DNA from: Dehalococcoidia bacterium
Lineage (GTDB): Bacteria > Chloroflexota > Dehalococcoidia > CAUJGQ01
DNA length: 64,000 bases
Direction: 5' to 3'
Assembly: GCA_050184225.1 (NCBI GenBank)
Contig: JBFXAN010000007.1
Coordinates: 1,141 to 65,140 of the forward strand
The notes beneath the pieces were generated by a model. It had not been told where the DNA came from. It did no database searches and worked only from the letters and a program-made list of their open reading frames with translations. The stretch's first letter is position 1. Every line of letters starts with the position of its first letter. A program made the translations under genes and the position numbers. Shown here in pieces: positions 18,658 to 28,332 of this stretch.

Positions 18658-19590
18658 ATGAACAATAATCTGCAAATACACAATCAGCGAGCGAATTTCA
18701 CCCTGGTCGTCGGGCAGCCGGCGACCCCACTGGAGGTGACCATCGAAGCCTTCCTCCGCTCGTTGCCTGGGAAGAACCGCAGCGCCGCCACGGTGAAGGC
18801 CTACCGCTCGGACCTCGGCCAGTTCGCCACCTGGCTGACCGAGAACAACGTCATCGCCGTTGACCCGACCAGGATTCGCCGTGCTGACGTTGAAGCCTAC
18901 CTCTCGGACCTGGCCCACCTCGGCCTGTCTGGTGTCTCACGGTCACGCAAGCTGGCCGCCATTCGGGAGTACTTCCGCTTCCTCGAGGACCACGGCACCA
19001 TTGCCCGCTCCCCCGCCGCCGGCGTGGACGGACCCCGGCGCGAGCAGAAGACCCGCTCGTATCTCAAACCCGACGAATATCGCGCCGTGCTGTCACTCGC
19101 CGGCAGCAACGCCCGCGACTACGCCATCTTGCAGGTCTTCCTGCAGACCGGCCTGCGCGTCTCGGAGCTGGTCCATTTGCGCATGGTCGACCTCGACCTG
19201 GCCGGCAAGGTGCTGACCGTGCGTGGTGGCAAGGGGCTCAGCGACCGGGAGATTGACCTGGAGAAGCATGCGATTGAGGCGGTGAAGAATTGGCTGAGAA
19301 TCCGCCCCCCCAGCTTGCACGAGCACCTATTCCTCAACTACCGGGGCGAACCCATCAGCGAGCGCAGCGTGCGGCGCCTGGTGGCCAAGTACCGCCACCG
19401 CGCCGGTCTGACGAAGAAAGCGACGCCCCACACGCTGCGGCACACCTTCGCCAGCTACAAAGCCCGTCGCGGCGTCCCCTTGCGCCAGGTCCAGGAATGG
19501 CTGGGGCACAAGAACATCGCCACGACGCAAATCTACGTCCACCTGGACCGCCAGGACGCCCAGAAAGCGATGGAGGCGACCAGCCTATGA
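18658..19590 (+). CDS. tyrosine recombinase (XerC/XerD-like)
   Basis: TVKAYRSDLGQF, GLRVSEL, PHTLRHTFAS and LGHKNIATTQIYVH motifs. Confidence 0.85.
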   Translation: MNNNLQIHNQRANFTLVVGQPATPLEVTIEAFLRSLPGKNRSAATVKAYRSDLGQFATWLTENNVIAVDPTRIRRADVEAYLSDLAHLGLSGVSRSRKLAAIREYFRFLEDHGTIARSPAAGVDGPRREQKTRSYLKPDEYRAVLSLAGSNARDYAILQVFLQTGLRVSELVHLRMVDLDLAGKVLTVRGGKGLSDREIDLEKHAIEAVKNWLRIRPPSLHEHLFLNYRGEPISERSVRRLVAKYRHRAGLTKKATPHTLRHTFASYKARRGVPLRQVQEWLGHKNIATTQIYVHLDRQDAQKAMEATSL

Positions 19591-20218
19591 CCCGCAGCCG
19601 GTTGCTCCGACTCCGCCGGCGCCGGATGGCCGAGCGGTCCTACGACCACCAGGCCGAACTAGGCCGGATTGCCCAGTGGCTGCAGGACCACGGCTGCAGG
19701 ACCACCCACGGAGGCAGCGGTGAGCGAACGGGAGCCCCGCCGTGGCGAGGAGCCGCAGGCCTTCCGTGACTTCGCCGCACAATTACCAGAGGCAAACCAT
19801 CGCCGATGCCTATTGGCATGTGCGCCGGGCCTCAGGATGCACGCAAGGCCTCAGAAATCGCCACCCAAAACGGCACGGTGGAGGTTCTTTGTCTGCTGCC
19901 GTCACGTTATTCGGGCAGCCTGCCACTTCCTGCTGATCGTTGACAGGTGGCGCGGGCATCGGCAATTTCGGAGCTGGCTCCCGTGGGACGGTCACCAACT
20001 CCGCGCGCCGTCGCCGATTACGCGCAACGGCTATCAGATCGCTGCTCCATAAGTCGTTGGGCGGACCGCCGAACCGGCCCGCTGCTGCTGGCACTATCCA
20101 GCGCAGTCTTGTATGCTCCCCCCAATTGGGTTTATGCACAGGCGACTGCCGTAGTGGTTGGCGTTGTCACTATGACGTTGACTTCAATTGTGCAGGCGCG
20201 TATACAGGTATACAGGAC

Positions 20219-20650
20219 ATGTCATCGAAGCACAGCATCGCTGTAATGCTCCGGGGGTCGGGTATGGACCGACGCTGGAAAGTTGGCCGCAGCATGAGGT
20301 CATACCTACAGCAAGCTAGCGCTAGCTTGACCACTTGGTTTAAAAAGGGAGGTGCAAAGCCTATTACGAACTCCGAACGAGGTATATCACATCGTCATGA
20401 TGATGAACTGCCATTGTCTGAGGAAGACGTCGCGATGATGAAGCAGTTTCATCAAGATACGATATTTTACGAAGAGCATCGTGGATCTATAGCACGTGAG
20501 TATAATGATGGATGGGTGGCTATCTATCAAGGGATAATCATCGCCCACGAGTCAGAACTACAGCAATTAGCAGACAAGCTGGTAGCAATGAAGGAGGCTG
20601 ATGGACTGCCGGCAGAACGAGCTGTTTTGCGGCACGCTGTCCTCGGCTAA
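20219..20650 (+). CDS. hypothetical protein (start uncertain)
   Basis: The low-GC ORF tail FYEEHRGSIAREYNDGWVAIYQGIIIAHESELQQL is protein-like. It resembles small antitoxin-like DUF proteins, but this is only an impression. Confidence 0.35.
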   Translation: MSSKHSIAVMLRGSGMDRRWKVGRSMRSYLQQASASLTTWFKKGGAKPITNSERGISHRHDDELPLSEEDVAMMKQFHQDTIFYEEHRGSIAREYNDGWVAIYQGIIIAHESELQQLADKLVAMKEADGLPAERAVLRHAVLG

Positions 20651-20689
20651 CTCCAGTGCTCTGCTACATGAGTTGCAGCGTGCACGTTT

Positions 20690-21247
20690 TTGTTTATGTT
20701 ACAAGGTTATTTTATAGCCCGTGGCAAACATCTTGTTCTGGACAATATGCAAATTGTCCATCCGGATGATATGCAGAAATTCCAGAAGGTGCCGGTCATT
20801 GATACAATTATTCGCCTTGGCGGTGCCCTGCAGACCGGCATCCTGGCGGTAACGTTCGTTTTATCCCCTGCCGATACGTACTCATACCTTGCCCCTCAGG
20901 ACTCGGTGCGGCTGTCTATGCTCCGGGTCAAGGTTGACGAGCTCAAGGCCTCGGAGAGCCGGCTGCATACCATTGCTGGTATGCAGACCACGCTCCGGTT
21001 GGACAACGCTATCATCCAGTCGCTCACCGGGCAACGCATCTGGCGTGGGTCATTGCCTGTCGTCCGTCCTATTCACCCCGACCACGCAAATTCACCGGCT
21101 GAGAAGTTACGGAATGCGCTGCCGTCTGTCCTCGGGCAAGACATCCTACAGAGGTATCCTCTCTACGCCAATCCCCACACTGGCCAGGTGTTCCTGTTCA
21201 CCCAGGAGGAGGCGCAGAGGCTTCCTATCGAGCGACGCGACGCCTAG
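20690..21247 (+). CDS. hypothetical protein, possibly retropepsin-like fold with degenerate active site
   Basis: VIDTII stands where DTG would be, and the C-terminal SVLGQDILQRYPLYANPHTGQVFL resembles retropepsin-like proteins. The evidence is weak. Confidence 0.35.
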   Translation: MFMLQGYFIARGKHLVLDNMQIVHPDDMQKFQKVPVIDTIIRLGGALQTGILAVTFVLSPADTYSYLAPQDSVRLSMLRVKVDELKASESRLHTIAGMQTTLRLDNAIIQSLTGQRIWRGSLPVVRPIHPDHANSPAEKLRNALPSVLGQDILQRYPLYANPHTGQVFLFTQEEAQRLPIERRDA

Positions 21248-21265
21248 CAGCCTCCTCCTGGGTCT

Positions 21266-21818
21266 GTGACGTGCATCGGGATGTTAGCGCAAAACGCTAG
21301 GCAAAACTCGTCGCGGCCTGGGCGCGACGCGGACACGGCGGACCGACACATCGACCAACCACACCTACTTCGCCCAGGATCTGGACCAGTTCGACGGAAC
21401 CGATGGCGTCATCTTCATCAAAGTGTCAACGACCAGCGAGAAGGGCTCTCCCGCAGATTCGATGATTTGCCGGCGGATGTCCCGCCGAACAAGAAGGCGA
21501 TCGCGGCGCTGCGGCTGTGGCTGAGTGCCCGCCGACCGACCGAGCACAGGGTGCTGTTCACCAACCGATTCGACGCACCGATGGGGGTACGCAGCATCCA
21601 GAAACTAGTAGAGCGCTACCGTCACGGCGCCGGCATTGAGAAGCGGATCACGCCCCACTCGCTGCGCCACACATCTGCCACGCACAAGGCCCGCTAGGTG
21701 GTGAATGCCTTCCAGTTCCGCGACTATATGGGGCACGCCACGGTGGCAACCACACAGCTTGTACGTGCATCTTGGTCAGGACGAAGCCAGGAAGGTGATG
21801 GAAGCGACGAGTCTATGA
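21266..21818 (+). pseudogene. tyrosine recombinase pseudogene (paralogue of 18658-19590)
   Basis: ITPHSLRHTSATHKAR is followed by an in-frame TAG. YMGHATVATTQ then shifts frame into LYVHLGQDEARKVMEATSL, matching IYVHLDRQDAQKAMEATSL of the intact gene. Confidence 0.6.
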
Positions 21819-21847
21819 GCGGCTCAAAAGGCTCCAACGCTTTCGAG

Positions 21848-23035
21848 CTATACAGATAGACGGGAGAGATCCCGTGCTCGATCTTGGCGGAACGCTGCGA
21901 GAGCTCCCGTCGATGCATCAGACGCCGGACCCAGAAAGCCTCGTTGGCCGGACATGAACCCATCACTCTGGAGAAGTTGCGCGCGCCCGATTGCCGCTGC
22001 GAGCACTTCAGCGACCACGGCGGCTCTCTCCGCGCCCGTCGGGCCTGAGATACCGAAAAGCGTCCATTCTCGGCGCAGCTCGTGAAGAAAGTGATGGAAC
22101 GCATCGCGCTCGCCCCACGGTACGTTCGCGGGTGTCTCTGCCTCTAGCAGCGGTCGGCACTGATCGCACTCAGGTCCGAAACGCCCGCGCAACCCGCGTC
22201 TATAGCCAAGCGTCAGTTGCTGTGGGCGGTACTCCCCTAGCGTGCCAGCGTCGTAATACCAGGTGGACCGTTGCCGATCTTCAGGGTCTTGCGTCATGAA
22301 CATCGTGGTGTCGAACTGCCGCGTGTTCCGAAAATTTCCACTTGCCAGCTCCGTCACGCCAGCGGCTGCGAAGAGCAGTGACTGCTGGTTAGCATAGCCA
22401 TAGAGGATGCGCTTGCCCGCGCGACGAATGCTAAGAAACCCATCCAAGAGGGCATACAAGAAGTTCTCGTCATCAATCAAGAACCGGCTGTGCGGATGCT
22501 GTACCAGGAAGTACACGCCATCAACGGGATAACTCACCACCTGGTCAAGCACCGCATCGAACCTCGATTCGCTCGAAACAACAGACGGGCCTACGGCAAC
22601 CGTCATGTATGTAGGCGTACCCGCTGCGCAGCGGCTGCCCGCCTCAGCAATTCTCATTTGCAGCTCAAGCCACGGTTCGTCGGCAGAATCTGAGAACCGG
22701 CCCGGCAAGATGACTTCGTCCACGTGCACTCTGTTTCTTTGGTATTCAACAACGCGCTCGCAGAAGTCATGTGCCTCGAATTCTCGAGTAGAGAAGTCTG
22801 CCCCTTCCCAATATTCATGCACGAGGATATTCGGGTGGTCGGTCCGCGGTTCATAAAACTGTGGGTCGCAGAGAACGACTCCATCCAGGTCGTGAATTTC
22901 TCCTGCATCGCGCAGGAGCGAATCGGGATTCCGATATGCACGTGGAGACAGGACCACGCCGGAACTCTGGTGTGCTGGGAGAAAATCTCGCACCAGCGGC
23001 ATCATGTTCCAGCCCTGTTGCATTAGGAATCGCAT
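21848..23035 (-). CDS. hypothetical protein (third gene of nuclease-like/kinase cluster)
   Basis: 395 aa from ATG 23035, with a GAGG RBS 19 nt after the kinase stop. No family recognised. Confidence 0.55.
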   Translation of the reverse strand: MRFLMQQGWNMMPLVRDFLPAHQSSGVVLSPRAYRNPDSLLRDAGEIHDLDGVVLCDPQFYEPRTDHPNILVHEYWEGADFSTREFEAHDFCERVVEYQRNRVHVDEVILPGRFSDSADEPWLELQMRIAEAGSRCAAGTPTYMTVAVGPSVVSSESRFDAVLDQVVSYPVDGVYFLVQHPHSRFLIDDENFLYALLDGFLSIRRAGKRILYGYANQQSLLFAAAGVTELASGNFRNTRQFDTTMFMTQDPEDRQRSTWYYDAGTLGEYRPQQLTLGYRRGLRGRFGPECDQCRPLLEAETPANVPWGERDAFHHFLHELRREWTLFGISGPTGAERAAVVAEVLAAAIGRAQLLQSDGFMSGQRGFLGPASDASTGALAAFRQDRARDLSRLSV

Positions 23036-23054
23036 TACATCCCCGCCTCGCCCG

Positions 23055-23928
<874 letters not shown>

Positions 23929-23940
23929 CCTGGTCTCCGG

Positions 23941-24636
23941 TTAACTAATCGGGTGACGGGCCAAGTCGTCCACGAGCCGCTCATTCAACAACCATGTCAA
24001 ATACGTATGTCGCTGCGTCCCTCTTGAAGAGGGCACTGCCACGCGCGGGTGGCCAGCGGTATCGGGCACGATGAGGCCGACCAGCGACTCGCGACATGCG
24101 GCGGCCGCCTTTGATATGAGGGAATCGGTTACGTGAGCCAACACGACGTACGACGCATGAGCAAACCATAGATGTCGCATTGCTTGGGCGACCCCACGCC
24201 GCCATTCCCGAAGTTTGGCCTCAAAGGCGACCACACTGTGTATCGCCAAGCACTGGCGGAGCGCCCGTGCGCGGATGCAGGCATCGCGTCTATGTATGAG
24301 CCCACGAGCCTCAAGCTCGGCTCCGACGGCCAGGGCCTTTGCCGGCGTTATGCCTAGGTGCGAAGCGAGACTGTCGAACGAGGTCCATCGGCGATGGACC
24401 AGAAAGGCCATAGCGTACGCCCCTGCGCGGGTCAGCCGTGTGCGGTCTTTAAGCTGCGCGACACGTTCCTCAACCACCGACGGCCGGACGTTCGCGAGCA
24501 AGATATCCGGCCTTCCGAACTCGGTTCGTGGCTCTTTCCAGATGACGGGAGAATACCCAGCACTTCCGGCGAGATTGGGCAGCAGCTCCGCCCATTCGTT
24601 GATGAATCGTTCTTCTGTTTGCCACATGGGTCTCAA
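23941..24636 (-). CDS. hypothetical protein, PD-(D/E)xK-like motifs with inserted winged-helix
   Basis: GRPDILLANV ... VAFEAKLREW resembles a D...ExK nuclease core. The middle segment FDSLASHLGITPAKALAVGAELEARGLI is wHTH-like. Confidence 0.5.
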   Translation of the reverse strand: MRPMWQTEERFINEWAELLPNLAGSAGYSPVIWKEPRTEFGRPDILLANVRPSVVEERVAQLKDRTRLTRAGAYAMAFLVHRRWTSFDSLASHLGITPAKALAVGAELEARGLIHRRDACIRARALRQCLAIHSVVAFEAKLREWRRGVAQAMRHLWFAHASYVVLAHVTDSLISKAAAACRESLVGLIVPDTAGHPRVAVPSSRGTQRHTYLTWLLNERLVDDLARHPIS

Positions 24637-25390
24637 ACCGGGAGCAAATGTTACCGCAGTTTAACAGCTTCGCCCGGTTAGTTTGATCCCTAGCGGAGTG
24701 ATGCCCATTGACCCGTCCAGACTCGATTCCTCACTGTGTCGCCGCACGGCCCCGGCTGGTAGCAGCGAGTGAGCCAGGCACTCAAGCCGTCGAGGCCCCG
24801 GAAGAGCGGTGGTGCCTCGCGTACGGCCACCTCATCCTCTGCGGGCAGAGTCGCGGCCGTGCTCACCGTGTTCCGGCTGTGGCCCCATCCCAGCCATCGA
24901 TTCGCGCAGTTCCGAGAACAAAACCGCGATGCTGCTCGCGTTGGCTCGATGGCTGCCCGACACGTCTCGCAGGTTCGCGTCGTCCATTAGCGAGCGAGGT
25001 AGCCGATACTTCGACCGACCTCCAGGAGAGGCTCGCCGGTGGATTGGTATTGCGCAAATGCCAGGTTCTCGTTGATGCAGACCCTTGCCGCCCTCTCCCA
25101 GCCACAGGAGTATGCGGCGTAGTTATGCGGGATTGGTATTATTCCCAGGTGGGGCAACAAATTCTCGCCGCAACGCCGGATACTGCAGAAGTACTGTTGT
25201 CTTCGTGGACAGTGAGGCTGCTTCGATGGGTGTGCGTTGGCAAGCCGGCGAGGGAGAAATTGTCTGGCCAGATCCGGTGCCGTGCAGGCCAGAGAACCCG
25301 GTGCAAGGCATTCGTACCTGCGAAGCGCTGCGGACTGGCCAGCCGTGTCCATGGCTCCGAGTTCGATACTGCGGAGTTCGTGCGGACGAT

Positions 25391-25648
25391 ATGGCATCGT
25401 CCCTTGAGACGCTGGAGCTGGAGGAGTTCGCCTGGCTGTTTGAGGACGATGTGGACGCGGACGACTTGCAGGAAGCCGCCGACGAATTGCAAAGGGAGTT
25501 GAGAGCTCTCGACACAGCGTCGAGCCAGGAATATCAGGCCCTTGGGCGAGTTCGCTGGCTTGTCCGCCTCATCGGGCAGTCGGAGCGGTACGGGTTTGGA
25601 CTCAGTGGTCGGTTCGCAGAGCGACTCGACACCAAGGACCGGTATTGA
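25391..25648 (+). CDS. small acidic hypothetical protein
   Basis: 85 aa. Its stop overlaps the start of the ImmA-like gene (TGATG). Confidence 0.35.
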   Translation: MASSLETLELEEFAWLFEDDVDADDLQEAADELQRELRALDTASSQEYQALGRVRWLVRLIGQSERYGFGLSGRFAERLDTKDRY

Positions 25649-26157
25649 TGCGCAAAGCGTATTGTCGAAGTGAAGCCCAGCGACTTCTTTCCGATTGCAC
25701 CATCAATGCACCACCGGTAGACGCTACGGCGGCCGCGGCGTCTCTATTCCTTGAGGTTCAAGTGAAACGTCCGTGGCGGTGGGCCTCACGGTCCTTGCTC
25801 CGTCGGGAGGACGGTCAGATCTGGGTGAACGCTGATGAGTCCCGGCGTGGTCAACGGTTCTCCATCGGCCATGAGATCGGACATTTCCTCCTGCATCCGG
25901 ATACCAGCGTCTTCTCGGAGCACGCGGATCCAGAGACGTTGGACTACGCTCCGGATCCGCAAAAGACACTCGAGGCTGAAGCCGACTACTTCAGCAGCGT
26001 GCTGCTTGTTCCTCCGAAGTGGTTCAGCGCAGACGTGCTGGTCGGTCTCCAGACCAGGGAACTGGTCTGCCGCTACGACGTCTCCGACGAGGTCGTGTTC
26101 ATCGCCCTGCAACAGCGTGGGCTGCTAAGTAGGCTGGGAAAGCGCTCGCGGCGGTAG
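25648..26157 (+). CDS. ImmA/IrrE-family zinc metallopeptidase
   Basis: IGHEIGHFLLHP (HExxH) and a downstream EAEADYF motif. Confidence 0.7.
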   Translation: MRKAYCRSEAQRLLSDCTINAPPVDATAAAASLFLEVQVKRPWRWASRSLLRREDGQIWVNADESRRGQRFSIGHEIGHFLLHPDTSVFSEHADPETLDYAPDPQKTLEAEADYFSSVLLVPPKWFSADVLVGLQTRELVCRYDVSDEVVFIALQQRGLLSRLGKRSRR

Positions 26158-26754
26158 CCCCAGTTCCTGCCGCACTTCAGCCAGATATCGCTGTACGTCC
26201 GCACCACCCGCATCACGCGTTTCAGCGAGGAACTCCTCGCGGTCTTCGCCGGTAGCCCCGCGCGCCATCCTCGTGAACTGCTGGACCTCCCTCGGTTGCT
26301 GTGCGCTCAGCTCCAGCAGGGTTATTAGATGCGTCGGGTCGAACGAAAGCGCCTGCGACAACGCCCGCCATACGCTGGGCGGCTTGACCGCCCAGGGGTT
26401 CACCGCTTGAGATTCGAGTCTCTGAATGGCGACTGGTGAGATTCGCAGGCCATCCTGAGCGAGCCGTTGCACCAGCGCACTCTCACTCAGACCGAGTGCG
26501 AGCCGGCGCTGCTTGAGCGCCGCGCCGACATCGATGTTCTCGTTGCGCGCGAACAGTGTTCGGTGGAGGTTGATCCACAACTGCTCCTGAGTGAGTGCCT
26601 GCTGCTGCTTTGCCGCCTGGACCGCGGCCTGAGCAAGAGCAGCAGCCTCCTCGGGAAAGCTGCGTCTGAGCTCGTGAAGATCAGGTTCTTCTCCTTGATT
26701 GATGTATTCCCAGAAGCGCCGGACGCCGGGCCCCTGTCCTCGACCACTAGTCAT
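26125..26754 (-). CDS. HTH (XRE-like) domain protein
   Basis: LKQRRLALGLSESALVQRLAQDGLRISPVAIQRLE. The start ATG at 26754 overlaps the upstream stop (ATGACTAG). Confidence 0.55.
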   Translation of the reverse strand: MTSGRGQGPGVRRFWEYINQGEEPDLHELRRSFPEEAAALAQAAVQAAKQQQALTQEQLWINLHRTLFARNENIDVGAALKQRRLALGLSESALVQRLAQDGLRISPVAIQRLESQAVNPWAVKPPSVWRALSQALSFDPTHLITLLELSAQQPREVQQFTRMARGATGEDREEFLAETRDAGGADVQRYLAEVRQELGLPPRALSQPT

Positions 26755-27517
26755 ATGTGCCCTCGTACCCAGAAAGCTCACGGAGGCGGGCGAGTCCCTC
26801 GGCAATCAGCTTGCGCGCCTTGGATTCACTGCACCCGAGTGTCGAGGCGACGGTGTGCTCCTCAGGGTTGGTGCTGTAGACCTTCAGGTCCATTAGCACA
26901 TGCAAGGCTATCGCTTGTGCCATCTCATCCGGCAGGTGCGCGAGCCATGCTTGGGCAACAAGCTTGCCGTCAACCTCGCTAGCCCCGTCCTCAACAACTC
27001 CCGGCAAGCTATCGTGTGCGATAGCCCAGGGCTCCGTATAAGCCTCATCGCCCGACGGAACAATCCGCCAAGCCGCCCGCTCTCGGGTACGCTCCTTCCC
27101 TTCTATTACCTTGCGGTACGCGGTCTGCGCCACTCTGTGCATAGCGAGGTTGAAGCGGTTTTCGAAGAAAGACTCTCCGTTAAGCACCGCCTCGAAAAAC
27201 TCGTGACCTAGCTCATCTTCGACCTCCTCCCGGTCGTACGCAGACAGCACGTGGACCTTCGTCTTCTCCACGGCACGTACGGCCGCTTTCACTCGGGGTG
27301 TTGCACGCTCGATGAGCAACTCGTACAGGCGATCGCCAGCAATTCGGCCGTAGACGCGGCACGCGGTCACGATCGTCTCGATGGACTGGTGCGTGAGGCG
27401 GTCGAAGAAATCGAAGGCGCCCGGCTCCCCCAGCGCCTCCCATTCCGCCGCGAGTTCGGGCGGCTTCGGCTTCTTGTTCACGGCCACTGTATCTTCGCCA
27501 CCTCCTTGGTCATCCAC
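26747..27517 (-). CDS. sigma-70 region-4-like / HTH regulatory protein
   Basis: The C-terminal TVASTLGCSESKARKLIAEGLARLRE is a region-4-like HTH. The gene is divergent from the Ubl operon. Confidence 0.45.
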   Translation of the reverse strand: MDDQGGGEDTVAVNKKPKPPELAAEWEALGEPGAFDFFDRLTHQSIETIVTACRVYGRIAGDRLYELLIERATPRVKAAVRAVEKTKVHVLSAYDREEVEDELGHEFFEAVLNGESFFENRFNLAMHRVAQTAYRKVIEGKERTRERAAWRIVPSGDEAYTEPWAIAHDSLPGVVEDGASEVDGKLVAQAWLAHLPDEMAQAIALHVLMDLKVYSTNPEEHTVASTLGCSESKARKLIAEGLARLRELSGYEGTYD

Positions 27518-27663
27518 CCCTAGTTATTAATAGCAGCCCGGCTTTCAAAACCCGTACGTGCCCAGATGCGATCCCGTCGGCCGACCCGTACAGGTTTCCT
27601 GGCCTCGGGTGCGATCAACCATATAGAGGGGTGACGAGATGCCCCACTTCACAGGAGGACGTG

Positions 27664-27936
27664 ATGACAACCACAGAGCAGATCCACGCAGATGCGGAAC
27701 GGCCCGTGACCGTCACCGTGACGGTCAACAATGGGCCGGTCGTGTTCCACATTAAGAAGGCTACCGGAAGCGAGATCAAGGCGACCGCTATCAGTCAGGG
27801 CGTGAACATCCAGGCAGACTTCGTCCTGTACGAGGTCCACGGTGGCGGCAAGCTTAAGCCGGTTCTGGATGACGACACCGTGACGTTGCACGAGCGCCAG
27901 GCGTTCCGCGCAGTGGCGCCGGACGACAACAGTTAG
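27664..27936 (+). CDS. ubiquitin-like beta-grasp protein (multiubiquitin-type)
   Basis: VTVTVNNGPVVFHIKKATGSEIKATAISQGVNIQADFVLYEV...TVTLHERQAF has a beta-grasp pattern. An AGGAGG RBS precedes ATG 27664. Confidence 0.65.
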   Translation: MTTTEQIHADAERPVTVTVTVNNGPVVFHIKKATGSEIKATAISQGVNIQADFVLYEVHGGGKLKPVLDDDTVTLHERQAFRAVAPDDNS

Positions 27937-27945
27937 GAGAGCCGC

Positions 27946-28332
27946 ATGACCCCAGAGGTGGCACGCGCGATCGACGATATCCGCACGGCCTTCCCCGGCC
28001 ACCGGCTTGAGGTCCAGGACGAAGCGCAAGGCGGCGCCTACGTTGTCGTCCACGACCTGCCCATCGGTGAGCAGTACGCGCCAGCGACGAGTTGGTGCGG
28101 GTTCGTCATCACGTTCCAGTATCCACGGGCGGACGTTTATCCCCATTTCCTCGATCCGAACCTGCGCCGAGTCGACGGCAAGCCGCTTGGCGAGAGCTTC
28201 TCCGGCCAACCGGTGGATTGGAACGGCCGTCAGGCATATCAGGTCTCTCGCCGGTCCAACCGCTGGAGCGCCGCCACCGATACGGCAGCGACGAAGCTGG
28301 CGAAGGTGTTGGAGTGGGTGCGATCGCGATGA
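27946..28332 (+). CDS. prokaryotic E2/UBC-like protein
   Basis: 128 aa with an FQYPRADVYPHFLDPNL core, placed between the Ubl and the JAB::E1 genes as in Bil-type operons. Confidence 0.65.
   Translation: MTPEVARAIDDIRTAFPGHRLEVQDEAQGGAYVVVHDLPIGEQYAPATSWCGFVITFQYPRADVYPHFLDPNLRRVDGKPLGESFSGQPVDWNGRQAYQVSRRSNRWSAATDTAATKLAKVLEWVRSR

Noticed and set aside
24708-25502. 264-aa plus-strand ORF in the 24.65-25.39 kb gap.
   Set aside because: The translation is Arg/Cys/Pro-rich and not protein-like. The minus strand carries the more plausible (decayed) coding signal.
28092-28328. Longer N-terminal extension of the JAB::E1 gene, as given in the ORF track (start 28092).
   Set aside because: The extension overlaps the E2 gene in another frame and is Arg/Pro-rich. 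The ATG at 28329 overlaps the E2 stop (ATGA), and the JAB domain begins there.
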